Origin: Epiperipatus broadwayi
Lineage: Eukaryota > Animalia > Onychophora
Direction: 5' to 3'
Assembly: GCA_028023455.1 (NCBI GenBank)
Contig: JAQFVV010000007.1
Span: 4,092,001-4,156,000 of the forward strand
DNA length: 64,000 bases
The translations under genes were made by a program, and so were the position numbers. How positions within the stretch are numbered: the first letter of the stretch is position 1; every line of letters starts with the position of its first letter. This document shows, in pieces, positions 1 to 12,420 of the stretch. Below the pieces are notes generated by a model. It did not search any database and was not told the origin of the DNA. It worked only from the letters and a program-made list of their open reading frames with translations.

Positions 1-2247
1 AGTTGTATTTTCCAAGAAAAACAATCAATAGTGTATCTTTGTGGAGTGGCATTAAAACAAGCTTCTTAGTGTATTTGGGGTCTTAACTTTACAAAGATAG
101 CTTAAATTTATAATAAAAGAAATATCTGTTACTTTTCATTTGTTAATTCATTAATAATATGCTTTTAGATATCTATCCAGATTGAATGATATGAAGACTA
201 GTTTTATGATCTTATTAATATAATTCTGGAATATTAAATGATAATATTAAATGAATGGTGATTTTATGTTATTTTATTTTGGAGTCCATATCTTGCTTTT
301 GTGTAGCAAATATAAAAGAATGACATTTTCTATATGCAATTATAATATCATGATAATAACCTTGGAGTTTATACTGTACTATAATACCTAAAATTGTCTT
401 TCTAGAAATGTACTGAAGTGTCTAAACTAATCCACATTCACATGCTGATAATCATCAAAACCAAACATTAGTGAAGAATTTTTTCCACCATAAAGTCCTT
501 GAATTTTTTAAACATTAATTCCTGAGCTACATTTTTATAGATTATATTTAAAACCTTAAGAATATTCTTATATAGTCTTTTGAAATAATAAGAATAACAT
601 TATCATAAGAACACAATAGATCCAAAAACCAGACAGTTGTAGTTATCGTTTTTAGTTTTAATCAGTAAAAACTTCATAATAAAGCTATATTGCATAATTG
701 AAGCTTACTGTATGAAATTGTCTATAAGGTATTTTAATGACTGTTACCATATAAAAAAGTTGGACTTAGTTAACTGTTTATACCAGTTTTGTTTCAGATG
801 CTTCAAGTTTTTCATCATCAGCACTAACATTTTGCTCATACCATCAAGTAGCAACTGATATAGTAGCAACCATCATAATTTTAACTTGGACATTATTAAT
901 ATGTGATATGTCCCCAAATCTAAATCTATAAATACATTTGTAATGTTGTGTTATTTTACATCATGATGAAAATATTTTCAAGCAATTTTTTAATTTGTAT
1001 TAATTATTTATAGTAATAAATCCAAGTTTTATACAAAAATTCTAAACAAATGAGTTCTTAGAATCAATGTCATTACTTCATATTATTTTAGATATAAGTT
1101 TACTGTTCCTACTAATGTGGACAATAAAATAATGTTACTAAAACTGTAGCAAAACAATATTATTCTTTTTTTTTTGATGCAATTGTACTCTCATTGGTGC
1201 ACTAACATTATTCAGCAAGGAATAAATGATATTTCTCTGAACGTTTTGATTGTTGGGCATTTACAAAGTGGGCATAGATTCCGCAATGTAAAAACTTTTG
1301 ATCTTTAAATTTTCATTGGTTCATTTACTAATTCCAAGAATATAAAATTTCAAATTTAATTTGACAGTAAATTTTAAACACCATACAGTTATTATTTAGC
1401 AAATGAACAATCCAACTAAGGAAATTTACTACAGCTATCTGTTAAATTAAATCTTCATACTCTGCAAGAAAAATTATATGAATTATTTAATTGTTTTTTT
1501 TTTTTTTTGAGGTTCAGGTTTTGTAGACTCTTCATCATAGTTCACACATTCCAGATATCTAAAATTAAAAATTATTTGAAGAGCCAATCTTTAGTACTAA
1601 TAATATTAACATCCATATTACCACAAACCCTTAAATTACAAATATTTCAACTGTTTAAATGAAAAATAAGTCAAGTGTAGTGATCTAGTCAGTTTTGGGG
1701 ATACTGATTATTTTTATAACTTTTCAAAAATTCTTTCACATTTGTGATTGACCAAGGCATATGATCATTTAACAAGTGATATCCCTGCCCCAATTCAGTT
1801 TTTTTAAAACTTTATTACCTCAAGCAAGATGACAACCAAAATCTTGCAGTCTTTTACATTGGTTTTCATTATTATTTTTCAGTAACAAAAGGTTTAGTGT
1901 TTTGATGTATGTAGCCAATGTAAATTTCATAGAATGAAAATGCGGAAGCCCAATACACATTAGTCACTGTTAATGTCAATACCTGATTAATGGAATGAGC
2001 AACATATGATGACAATATCTATATCAATGTAAGATTAAAAAAGAACATTAAGAGAGAATTAAAATAGCATAGAATGAACAAATCTGAACTGAAAAATAAT
2101 ATTTCAGTCTTTAAAACACAATTTTAATATGTTCTATAAGGCAAAAAGAAAGAATTTTGATTAGACAATGCTTATTGTTTGTATCATTTTAAAAGATCAT
2201 TCCATTATTCAGCAGCTAGGAGATTTATAGACTAAGTTCAGTGCCAG

Positions 2248-2249
<2 letters not shown>

Positions 2250-2333
<84 letters not shown>

Positions 2334-2344
2334 TGTGTGTGTGT
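2250..2344. repeat. (TA)n microsatellite followed by (GT)n
   Basis: Directly visible dinucleotide runs. Confidence 0.98.
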
Positions 2345-2581
2345 CTGTAAACATTTACTTTGATTCATCTATGTATGTGTTTGCATATTATTAATATTAA
2401 AATTCTATTGGCATTTCTATTAGTATATATCTGCCATCACCTGGGTAACAAAGATTCCTTCAAGTGATTGTTAGAAAAATGCTAAAAAATACAAAACTGT
2501 TTAATGTATAAAATATCTTAAATATCTGGTTATATATCTGTTAAACATATAATTAAGTTATACATACTCATATATCTATGT

Positions 2582-3162
2582 GTCATACAGAAAAGAAAAA
2601 TTTGATAATAATAGTAAAAATTAACTGAGCACACTTTTGGTACTTTGTACCAGACTCATGGTGATCTCTAAACTGACTGGTTAATATTTCAATGCATGCT
2701 CAGTAGGACACTCATGGTTTTTTGATTGACAGTGTTATTAGACTTAGCAATAAACCAGACCTTGATTATTTGACAAGAATCTGCTGTAATGCCACTTATT
2801 ATGGTGATTAAAAAGCTAGTGCCACAACACATTTACAACAATACATATATCAATATAAAAAGTCTAAAGTGGACTATCAAGTTGTTTTCTCCAATCATGA
2901 AAGAAATACTGGACATAAATTTTACTCTCAAATAATTAATGCTGTGTGCAATGAGCCTAAAGATAAAATAAATAAATAAAAGAAGCTTGGTTTATTGCCA
3001 AGTGTAGTAACATTGCCAATCACAGAAACACAAGTGTCCCACTGAGCATGCATTGGAATTTTAACTGAGTTTAGTTAAGGTGTCATAAGTTTGGGTCACA
3101 GTACTAAGAACATGCTCAGCTAAATTTTACTATTATTATCAAATTTTTCTTTTCTGTATGAC
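2582..3162. mobile_element. MITE-like fold-back element with ~180-bp inverted arms
   Basis: 2582-2762 (gtcatacagaaaagaaaaatttgataataatagtaaaa...caatgcatgctcagt...) is the reverse complement of ~2983-3162. TA-CAG...CTG-TA near the ends is compatible with a Tc1/mariner-type MITE. Confidence 0.7.
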
Positions 3163-3564
3163 TTTACATTATAGAAAAAGTTATTGATTTATTTAAATAT
3201 GATTAAAATAATATTTTATCCAATAAAAATTAAGAAAGGAATTATATGTTCATTACAAATTCCACCATTAAAGTATTTTTAGCTTGCATGAGCTGCTGTA
3301 TATGATCTGAATAAAACAGGTTTTAAATGTTGTCTGTTTAATTCTGATAGGTCATGCTGCTTTTGCTAATAATGTCACATCTTTGGCAATGTTAATGGTG
3401 TTTTTACACTTTCAATAAGACAAATTTCTTTCTTACTAAAACAATATGATCCCCAATAGTAGGTTTTTAAGGAGAAATTGTAAAACTCTCATTATAAATT
3501 TTACTAGCTCTTTTATATGCATTTGGGAATATCTTATATGAGGAAAGTATTAATTTATTTAACA

Positions 3565-3660
3565 CTCTCAAAAGGCGCGTGCTCATGTAGCTTGAAAGGC
3601 TGATATTTGAATGTAATATAATTGTAAACACGGCACTAGATAAAATAATTGCTTATTTAT
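3565..3660 (+). repeat. Dispersed repeat, copy 1 of 3 (others ~39370-39452 on the minus strand and ~58048-58150)
   Basis: The shared string aaa(g)gcgc(a/g)tgc...tagcttgaaa(a)ggctgat...taaaaataa(a/t)tgctta is clear at 3.6 kb and 58.1 kb. The 39.4-kb copy is more diverged. Confidence 0.55.
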
Positions 3661-3799
3661 TCTTTATTTAAGAGTTTTCACTAACACTCCTAACTAAACA
3701 GTTACCTATTTTGTCATAATAACACACATAAATAACTTTAAAATAAACCAGAAATGATATTGGGGAAGGGAAGAGGGATAGATTTGAAGTTGATCTTTT

Positions 3800-4830
3800 T
3801 AAAGTTAATATACTTTATTGTATTTATTTACTGAAGTCGATTGTTTAAAGATTTTGATGCTTCTTTTACCAGTCTTTTAATAATATGTGTTGCATTAGTT
3901 CAATATAATTTTTGTTATCATATAAAATATAGAGAGTTTTGAGGCTGCTAAATATTATTTGACCATATTAGATATTCATCTCTTCTGATATATTGAAAAT
4001 GTATACTTATTTAACAGGCTTTGAAAACCATACAAAAAACTGTATAGTTTCTTTGGAATCCAAGGGATATCAAATTTAATCAATTTTTCAGTTAGTGATT
4101 GATCTAGTTTCAATATTGTATTTGCTATTGAACAAAAAATGGCTTTGTTTTAAATAAAATTGAAAATGTGATACCTTTCAAAGCCCAATGATCTATGAAA
4201 TCTTTCTTGGAACTTATAAGATATCTTCATGGGTATGAAACACCATCAAATCAATGGTATTGTTTGTGGTCAAACAACATTTGACATCTTGAAAACTGAT
4301 TCTGCATAATTTAGACCCTTTTATTAATAGATTTTATCAACATCAAAATTTTGTTCAGATGCAACACTTATCATCAATAATTAATGAGGCCATCAAAACC
4401 TTTAAATGACACTTAAGTCACATTATGTTTTGTTAGAAAGCATATTGATCAAGAAAGCCATAGTGGTATATTCAATTTATTACTTACCATTTTTCCAATT
4501 TGACTATTTACATGTACAATCCAATTTAGCAAATTAATTATTTCAATCCAAAATTATTTTAATTGTGGATTTATTTCTCTAAAGTATATCAGTGATTTAG
4601 CAACATAATTACAAACTAATATTTTTTTCTTATCAATTCTCATCCATTTTGGATTTTTATTAGTCAAAATATTACCTTGATCATATATCTGACAAATTAT
4701 AATCAAGTCCAGTATTTTTATTTTATAAATTAGACCAAATAGTATTGAGATTTTTACCTTTTCTGCAAGAACTACTTGAGTGAGTTCATTATCTGGATGC
4801 TGGTATGCATTCAAGATATATGTTAACATC
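3800..4830 (-). pseudogene. Degraded LINE (RTE-like) reverse transcriptase remnant
   Basis: ORF 4554-4829 segment LIIICQIYDQGNILTNKNPKWMRIDKKKILVCNYVAKSL resembles the RTE RT pattern LI..LY..Q.A.....S.W..I.KGVRQGC.LSP. Downstream minus-strand text resembles the RT C-terminal region. Recognised by eye only. Confidence 0.45.
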
Positions 4831-5325
4831 TTTTACATGTGAAAACATTCACTTTAATACACATTTAGGCAATATTTTAAACCATTTTAAATGCACTAAA
4901 TATAATTAATAAGGCTGATATACAAATTAAATGTTAATGGTAAAGCTATATTGTTACAATCTCAACTACACTTTTGACCAAAAAAATAATAAAAAAATAT
5001 TTAAAAAAAAGTTAACTTATGGTCTAAAAAAAAATTAAACGATAATTAAAATATTTAAATATTGGAGTAAACACAAAAAATTTAAATTATCAAACATTTG
5101 TTAAGTTTTTAAATATTAGGGGAATTATTATCTGTCCCATAAAAATAAAATATAAAATGATAGCATTTAACAGTTTTTTCCTTGATTGGAGAAATGTACA
5201 AATTTTATTTCGACAAATGATAAAATACAAAAGAATGTCAAAGAAATGCTGAGTAATGAATCTAAATATTACAATATTTTTGAGAAAGTCAAAAATAGGC
5301 ATATAAAAGTGATATTTAAAAAAAA

Positions 5326-5839
5326 AAAATTACCCAAAATTCACAACTCAACCAGACTAGCCAAGAAAATAAACTCTAAATCACTACCAATGGTTTTACT
5401 GCTACAAGAAAACTTCTCAAGTGTAAAGAACTACAAAATAACAGCTTATTTAAACTAAACATTACCCACAATTCCACTTATTTCCCATCCACCCTTAATA
5501 TTAAAAGAACTTTTAAATAAGTTAATTGCTTCAAAATTATAAATTTTTAATAATAAAGATTCTTTAATTCTTCTTTTAACTTCATTTCCCTCAAAAAAGA
5601 CAACCTTAGCTTCATCAAAATTACGAGTATAGCATGTATCTTTTATATGGATATATAAGGCATAACTATGACTAACTTAAAAGTTCTTTTAAATTAATGG
5701 CAGATGGGGAGTAAATGAAATTGTGAGTAATGTTTAGTTTAAATATGTTATTACTTTTTTGAGCAGTGAAGCCATTGGTAAATATTTAGAGTTTATTTTC
5801 TTGGCTAGTGTGATTGAGTTGAGAATTTGGGGTAATTTT
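5326..5839. repeat. Long imperfect inverted repeat (fold-back/MITE-like)
   Basis: 5326-~5520 (aaaattacccaaaattcacaactcaaccagactagccaagaaaataaactctaaat...) matches the reverse complement of ~5677-5839. Confidence 0.8.
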
Positions 5840-7272
5840 GATTATTTATTGACTAGTTTAGCTTTATGCTTAAAAAAAATCAAAGTTGTTTATTAATTAT
5901 CTGAAAAGTTTTTTACAAAAAGAAAAAATATTCTAAATATTTTCACAACAAATACAAAAACTGAAAAATTAAACAAAGTTAATAAAATGATAAAAATAAA
6001 AAAAGTAATTTGTAGTATTAAGTATTTCCAAAACTGTAAATATACTTTTTAAAACAGGGCCAATTAGCAGCTATCTTTTATGCCTTTACACTATTTAATA
6101 GCCTGAAATTTCAAACTAATTCATTTGCATAATTGTATAGAGGTGGCAACATGGAAGATTTTATATATTTTAGAAATATTAGTTTAATGCCACATTTTCT
6201 TACACATTCTCATATGCTTTTTGAAGGAAGTCTTTTCAAATACTCAAGAAACAGCTACAACAAGCTAGAATGTTCATTAAATCTAAGATGGTTTAATGCT
6301 ATAATATTCCCATTCTTAGCTGTTTTCGGATTAGAATGCTCTTAAGTATTTATATCATTTAAGTTAATGACTTCAGTAAAAATTCTAATGTCAATTTTAA
6401 ATAATAGTGCAAATGATCTAGTTTGAGTTTAAAACTTAGAGTTTATTAGCTTGAATAGTAAAAAAAGTAAGGGGTGGTTACTAAATGCTAAAATAAATTA
6501 TCATGGGTTTGAATCCAAAGGCAAAAGTCTTAAACTGAGTTGAAGATATAGCATTATACCAGCACTTATTTATTGATTATTCAAGCTTGTAGTCAATGGC
6601 TCTGGATTAGGATGAAGAGAACTGCTCTTGAAAGCAGATAAATAAGCATATGAAAGTAAATGTAATGTTGTTGGTATTAACTTTCATTGACAAAGTGTGA
6701 AAAGAGGCTCACAGTTAGGAATAAACTGAGATCTCTAAATAATCCAAAAAATTAAAAGATTGCTGTTAAAAACATTGCATGTTGATCAAGCCTTGGATTC
6801 TAGTTCTCTGAGAAAAGCAAATGTCAGAAACTGATTCCAGAATTTAATAAATTGTACCATTTAGTGATTTCTAAAACTTTAAATACATGACTCTGGAAAA
6901 GACCTGTTCTTGGAAACAATGAGAAAGACATGCTATCACTAATCTTCTTTAACCAAGGGATAGAAAGGGAAACCTATAATTAGTATTAAACTAAGGTTAC
7001 TAAAATATATAAAAACTGACTGGTTATGAGATTGCTATAAATATGCAAATGAGTTACAAAGACTTTAAATCCTTGAAATTTTTTTTAATTTCAGGATATT
7101 AGATTGGACAATATAGGAAGTTCTAAGTTTAAATCATTATCCTCACTGACAAATCAAGAGACAAAAATCAGTCTGTGTTTGGAAATGCTTTGCATTGTAG
7201 TATTAGGATCATTTTATAAGAAGCTTAGGTATTAGTAAGTTCAGAAAAACAAAGTTTCTATTAATTAATGGA

Positions 7273-7827
7273 ATATTAGGGTATGAGCACAGACTCTCAC
7301 ATGACCACCACTCTCCACTCCATCTAATAACACTGATACACTTAAACACATATATGTTGAAAAGATAAATAATCACCAATATACGTATTTCATGCTAAAC
7401 CAGCAATCATCAGTTGGTCCAGATTATCATCTCTACACATATATACTATAAGTGCTCAGATATATATTAAGATAGACAATCCTCATACTTTAATGGACAG
7501 GCTTCAATCTACTCCACACTCCAACTCTTCAACCATCCATCCAATTGAAAATCTGATAATGGAATGCTCAAAGGCCACCCTGAGGCCGAGATTTTTGTCA
7601 CACCCATGTTGACCCAAGGTCAATCTGAACCCCACATGTACAGGACATAATCCATTAAATACATATGCAAGGATGGGCAGACATCTCTATAATGTAATAA
7701 CTGAAACATAGGCTTATTTATACCTGTGTCTATATATATGTAATATTAGGGTATGAGCTCATACCCTAATATTACATTTATATATAGACACAGGTATAAA
7801 TAAGCCTATGTTTCAGTTATTATATTA
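7273..7827 (-). mobile_element. Family A hammerhead-containing element: one ~470-bp monomer, a restart and a fold-back end, with a TSD
   Basis: Homologous to the 55-57 kb units. attagggtatgagc occurs at 7275 and 7745. There is a near-perfect ~68-bp-arm palindrome centred on gag|ctc (7757/7758). The flanking direct repeat TATTAATTAATGGA is at 7259-7272 and 7823-7836. Confidence 0.85.
7375..7418 (-). ncRNA. Minimal type I hammerhead ribozyme motif (family A), core intact
   Basis: Minus strand reads ACCAA CTGATGA TTGCT GGTTT AGCAT GAAA TACGTA TA TTGGT. Stem I is ACCAA/TTGGT, stem II is TGCT/AGCA with a T.T first pair, and stem III is the palindrome ATACGTAT. Confidence 0.8.
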
Positions 7828-8319
7828 ATTAATGGATAGGATTATTATTAAAATGCCAAAATAAGATTTTTTTTCCTTTTTTGGAGAGTTTTTTTAGGCA
7901 TTTCAAAGTTATTGGAAATATTACTGAATTCAATATGATAAATGTTTTGAATAGTAAAAAAAACTGTTGTAACCGAATGTGGTTGTTGCATTTTATTTCT
8001 TATGCTATAGCTAGAATTCATAATGTAGAATAAATCAATAATACATAAGTAATTACATTTGACACATAATTGATTAAAGGAAGCTGTGGGACGAGTACTG
8101 GAAGGAGTGTGACATCTATCATGATCGATTATTGCATCATATTGTATTTGTTTTATTTTTAAGAACACCAATATTGCTCTTGTCATCTTGGGTTGAAATG
8201 GAAGTCTATATCTAATAATAGATAGATAATATTTTTAAGATTCATCCAACCTCCATTCAAAATTTCTTTCCTGTGTGTAACAGATAGACAGAAGTGCTAA
8301 CAACTCTACAGATTAGCAG

Positions 8320-9550
8320 AATTGAAATGGTAATGGCTCCTAATGCAGATGTTGAATGAAAGCTGGGAAATCATGTGATACATTGTTTGGCATAGTAAGA
8401 GTAATAAAGTGATTCATTACTGCTTTTAATGAAGAATGTTGTATGTAAGCCAAGAGAATCATGTGTTTCTTTATCTGAGATACTTATCTTATAAGAGTAA
8501 GAGTAATAGAATGGATTATTACATTTAATGTAGATGTAGAATGTACGGTCAGTGAATCATGGAATGCTTTGTTTGGGGAAAATATATGTAAGAATAATAG
8601 AGTGGATTACTGCTCCTTATGTAGATGTTCAAATGTAAGCAGGAAAAAATCATGTCATGATAAATTAGACCCAGTGCATATTGCTACCTAAAAATTCAAG
8701 TATAAAATGTCAAATCACCTCCCATGCCATATTATATTTTTTCAGCAGTGTTACATTATAAATAAAGATAAAATCTGAATTTCAAACAGCATTGTCAAGA
8801 GATAACCTCTTGACTGTATTAATGCCAATGTACTTAAGTATATCAAAATATGGACTTATTCAAACAAGGAATGTAAAAAAATTAGCAATGATCTTAAATT
8901 GCTCATAAACAAACATGTTTAAGTTGCAAATACAAAGAAACACTAACACATTAGTCATTTTAGACTTAAAAATTTCTTAAACAAATGTATAAAAATAGAC
9001 CCAGTGTATATTGCTAGCTGAAAATTGAAATGCATAATCTCAATGCAGACTTTATTCACAAGGTAGCATTGCTGAAAAAACAGTTTGGAAAGTCATATGA
9101 TGTTTGATTGAGATACATATCTTAAATGATTAATAATAATACAATGAATTACTGATCTTAAAGATGTTGGATATAAGAGGGAATTCATGTACTACCTTGT
9201 TTGACATGCATATCTTATAGAAATAAAAAATAATAAAGTAGATTATTGCTTCTAATGCAGGTGTTGAATGTAAGTTAAAAGAAACCATGTTATACCTTGT
9301 TTATAATACCTACCTATCTGCCTGCCTGCCTGCCTACCTACCTAACTATCTACCTACCCACCTACCTACTCACCTACCTACCTACCTATCTACCTACCTA
9401 TCTACCTACTTACCTACCCACCTACCCACCCACCTACCTATTTACCCACCTACCCACCTATCTATCTATCTATAAGCAAGAGAAAGAGTGAATTACTGCC
9501 CTTAATAGAGATGGCAATATAAGCTGAAAGTCAGGAGATGCAAGGTCATT
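8320..9550. repeat. Old degenerate repeat cluster (~90-100-bp units)
   Basis: The motif gattactgcy(c/t)ytaatgyagatgttgaatgtaagc...aatcatg recurs at about 8330, 8415, 8515, 8605, 9240 and 9490. agacccagtg(c/t)atattgcta recurs at about 8667 and 8997. Confidence 0.55.
9307..9472. repeat. (CCTA/CCCA/TCTA)n tetranucleotide microsatellite
   Basis: Directly visible. Confidence 0.95.
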
Positions 9551-9679
9551 AAAATACATGCTTAATATTAATGTCAGATCTTTACAGTTATACAATCAAG
9601 TTGGATTGGGTTTTAAAAGTTTAGTGTATTCGAGTAATTAATTTGAAAAGCATAAAGAATTAAGTCACAATCCAAGCTC

Positions 9680-9780
9680 CTTGTTAAGCGTTGTTAGCCG
9701 AGAGGTCATTGCACTCGCCTTGCAAGCAAGTAGTTGGTTGCAGACGGGTGTGGGTTCGCGTCCCGGCCGATGCTATGACA
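9680..9780 (+). mobile_element. tRNA-derived SINE head
   Basis: A-box-like TAGCCGAGAGGTCA, an anticodon-like arm and B-box-like GGTTCGCGTCC. It shares the tail ggccgatgctatgaca with the copy at 45347-45424. Confidence 0.65.
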
Positions 9781-10829
9781 TATGAAAAAAAAATTCAAGC
9801 TCCTTACTGATTAAGCCTAATTGCTTGAAACTAGTCCGGACATTTAGTTTGTGCTGCAATTTACTATAGATGGTTCTAGAATAGAACGATAGAGGAAATC
9901 TTTATTTTTAAAGCATTTATAAACTAACAGAGAGAATCATCTTTCGCATTCATAAAAGAAGTACAGAGATAAGAAAAGATATCAGTTAAGATCAACTAAA
10001 TCTCCAGTCTATTTAATACTTTTGTGGGCAGAAATTATGTCTAGATTGATATAAAGTAAAAATTTAATTCAAAACAAGCTTCTTCGTTTATTTTTATATC
10101 AAAGTTTACCTTTTATAATGATTTGCAGCCTTAAATTTTAATGTAATGTCAAACTAATTCAACCAGTTTATTATTTACTGGGTAGAATATATGATGTAAT
10201 ACTTTCTATCTATTAATTTTAAAAAAATGCAAGGTCATTTGAAAAAAAAAATCTCAGTATGGAAGATCCTTTTTTATTTTTCATATTACTTTGCTAATGT
10301 TTATTTTATACTTTTTTTTCGTAAATGGCATTTGAAAAGAGAAAAAACAATGGCATGTCCAACTAAGCAAAGAAGTAAAAGTAAAAACAAAACCTCAATT
10401 GTGAAAAATTTTAAATAAGCTTTTATTATTGTTCATATTGTATGCTTACATAATTATTATTAAAAAATTGTGCAGACCAAAAAAAAAAAAAACTTTAACT
10501 ACTCACTAAATTATATTTTAATTATTAGCAATACTGTTTAAGATACAAAAGTAGATTTTAAACATAATATATTTTGTAAATTTTAATTTAGCAGATTATA
10601 CATATGTAAAGTTTCTGCAGAAAAGAATTTGCTGGTAGCTGAAAAGGAAACACTTTGATTCTTTCTTCTACGAGGCTTTAAAAGAACAGACAGGACAAGT
10701 TTTTAATGTATATCCTATATGTTCTTATTGCAATTATCATTATTATGAGATTAGTCATATAATGGATAAACATGAGTGGTTTCTCACCAGCATATATTAG
10801 CCAGCACGAAGAGTTTATTGGATTTTTAT

Positions 10830-10960
10830 ATTAGTATTATCACTGATCAGATCAACAACACCCGAAGAAGAGCGGAAAACAATACCACTTAAAACATTGT
10901 GTAATCTATTAACTTGTTGTTTTTGTGTGTTATTACTAACAGATGTTGTATTTCAACATA
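10830..10960 (+). mobile_element. Family B solo terminal-repeat fragment with a decayed hammerhead (10858-10902)
   Basis: ACAC CCGAAGA A GAGCGG aaaacaata CCACTT AAAA CA TT GTGT, followed by ttgtgtgttattactaaca, which is shared with the 51.6-kb copy. Confidence 0.7.
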
Positions 10961-11349
10961 TTATCATATATACATTCTTGTTTAACACTAATTTTCATTT
11001 AAATGCTATAGATTTTCCATTTGCAGTTATTCTTATTCAATTATATGATAACTATAATACAAAATTTTGATAGAGAACCAACTAATTTCAAACAATTCCA
11101 TAAGCCCATTCAATTAATTAAGTCAATTAATTGCCTTAATCAAATCAATAAAAACAATATATAAATCACTCTTTCTTATTAGTTGTTTTGATAGTCCAGT
11201 TGCTTTTTATTTAGGGCAGAATGATTGGGTGTAAATGATCTTTTTGGAGTCAAACTAAATTATAGCCTTTATTCTCAATAGACCATAAAGTCATAAATAA
11301 AGGAAACAATTGGTGGCCAAAGGTAGAACATGCTAAGAATCCTCTGATT

Positions 11350-12105
11350 GTGTATCTAGTCTGCTTTCCAATAAAACATTTTTATTTATGTACCATGCCA
11401 CTTTCAAAGAAAATAAGATTGCATGCACTAGAAGAAGAGAAGTCTTATATTAAATGGGACATTGCTAGACTTTGTGAAGTTAGAAAAGAAAGTGGAGACA
11501 ATTCATTTAAAAAGTGGACTGATGAAGTCAGTAGCAGAAACCAGTCTGGGGTTAAGGATATTCTGCAAAGCTTGTTAAGAGCTTATTTATTGATCTCTTT
11601 ATAAAAAAAAGGTAGACATATTTTTTATTACAAAAGCATAAAGATTAAAACCGCAAATAGAGAGGATTCATTATAAATATGTGGAAAAACAATATGATTA
11701 GTTATTCAAATTAATAGAGTTTACCAAATACAGATAACTTAGATTTGTGCCCCAAAACAAGTTCTTACTTTGATGAAGAAATGTAAAATTTTATATGGGT
11801 ATGATCATATCAAACAACATTTTAAAACTGTCATGAAGACTTTAATACTAGAGTTCATAAATGATTGAAAAATGAAAGCTCTGTGAATAAATTTGATTAT
11901 GATAATAGAAATGAGAGAAGATACAAACTAGGGGAATTTGCATAAAAAAGAGTATATTATTGATTTTTTTCTTTTGGCATAAATGCTAAATGAACATGGA
12001 CAGCAAAATATCTATAACAGAAGTGGACTATATTTTGACTAACAGTAAATATGTATTTCAAGATAGCAATGCTCTAATAAATCCATTGCAAGAAGTTATT
12101 ATTGA
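11350..12105 (+). pseudogene. RTE-clade LINE apurinic endonuclease domain remnant
   Basis: RLHALEEEKSYIKWDIARLCEVRKESG matches the RTE pattern L.ELE..L..IKWD++GLCEVRR.GE. Further fragments resemble QVYAPTS..DEE.E.FY, +MGDFN, RNERG and E+DYIL. Several stops and frameshifts. Confidence 0.75.
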
Positions 12106-12139
12106 TTAGTGAGATTTAAAATACCTTTTAATTCTTCAA

Positions 12140-12420
12140 CCGTCTCTTACGAGGCATCTTGTCAACATCTGACGTCACTCTAATTCTGCTAGTTTTAATG
12201 GTAGAATATTCGGTTGACAATTATTGATTAGGTTTTTAAAAGTTCTGTAAGATGGTGCCCTCTTCCGAATTATTTTACAAGTAAAAAATCAAAAAAACCG
12301 CATTTAAAACTAAACAAATAAGAACCTTGTCGGTGATTGGCTGTCAGTCGGCTCTCAGCCGAAAAAGACATTCTGATTGGCTGGAAAGAACAAAGAAACT
12401 GCCTGATCAAAGAAAATAAA
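12140..12420. promoter_or_regulatory. Candidate Pol II promoter or CpG-retaining segment
   Basis: CRE palindrome TGACGTCA at 12170-12177, two ATTGG (inverted CCAAT) boxes at 12336 and 12376, and locally more CpG than the flanks. No linked gene identified. Confidence 0.3.

Noticed and set aside
7848-8186. 112-aa minus-strand ORF
   Set aside because: No recognisable domain or clear splice signals, and the composition is low-complexity and AT-driven.
11519-11550. CTGATGA...GAAACCAGTC hammerhead-like string
   Set aside because: The intervening AGTCAGTAGCA forms no stem II, and the string lies inside the RTE endonuclease remnant.
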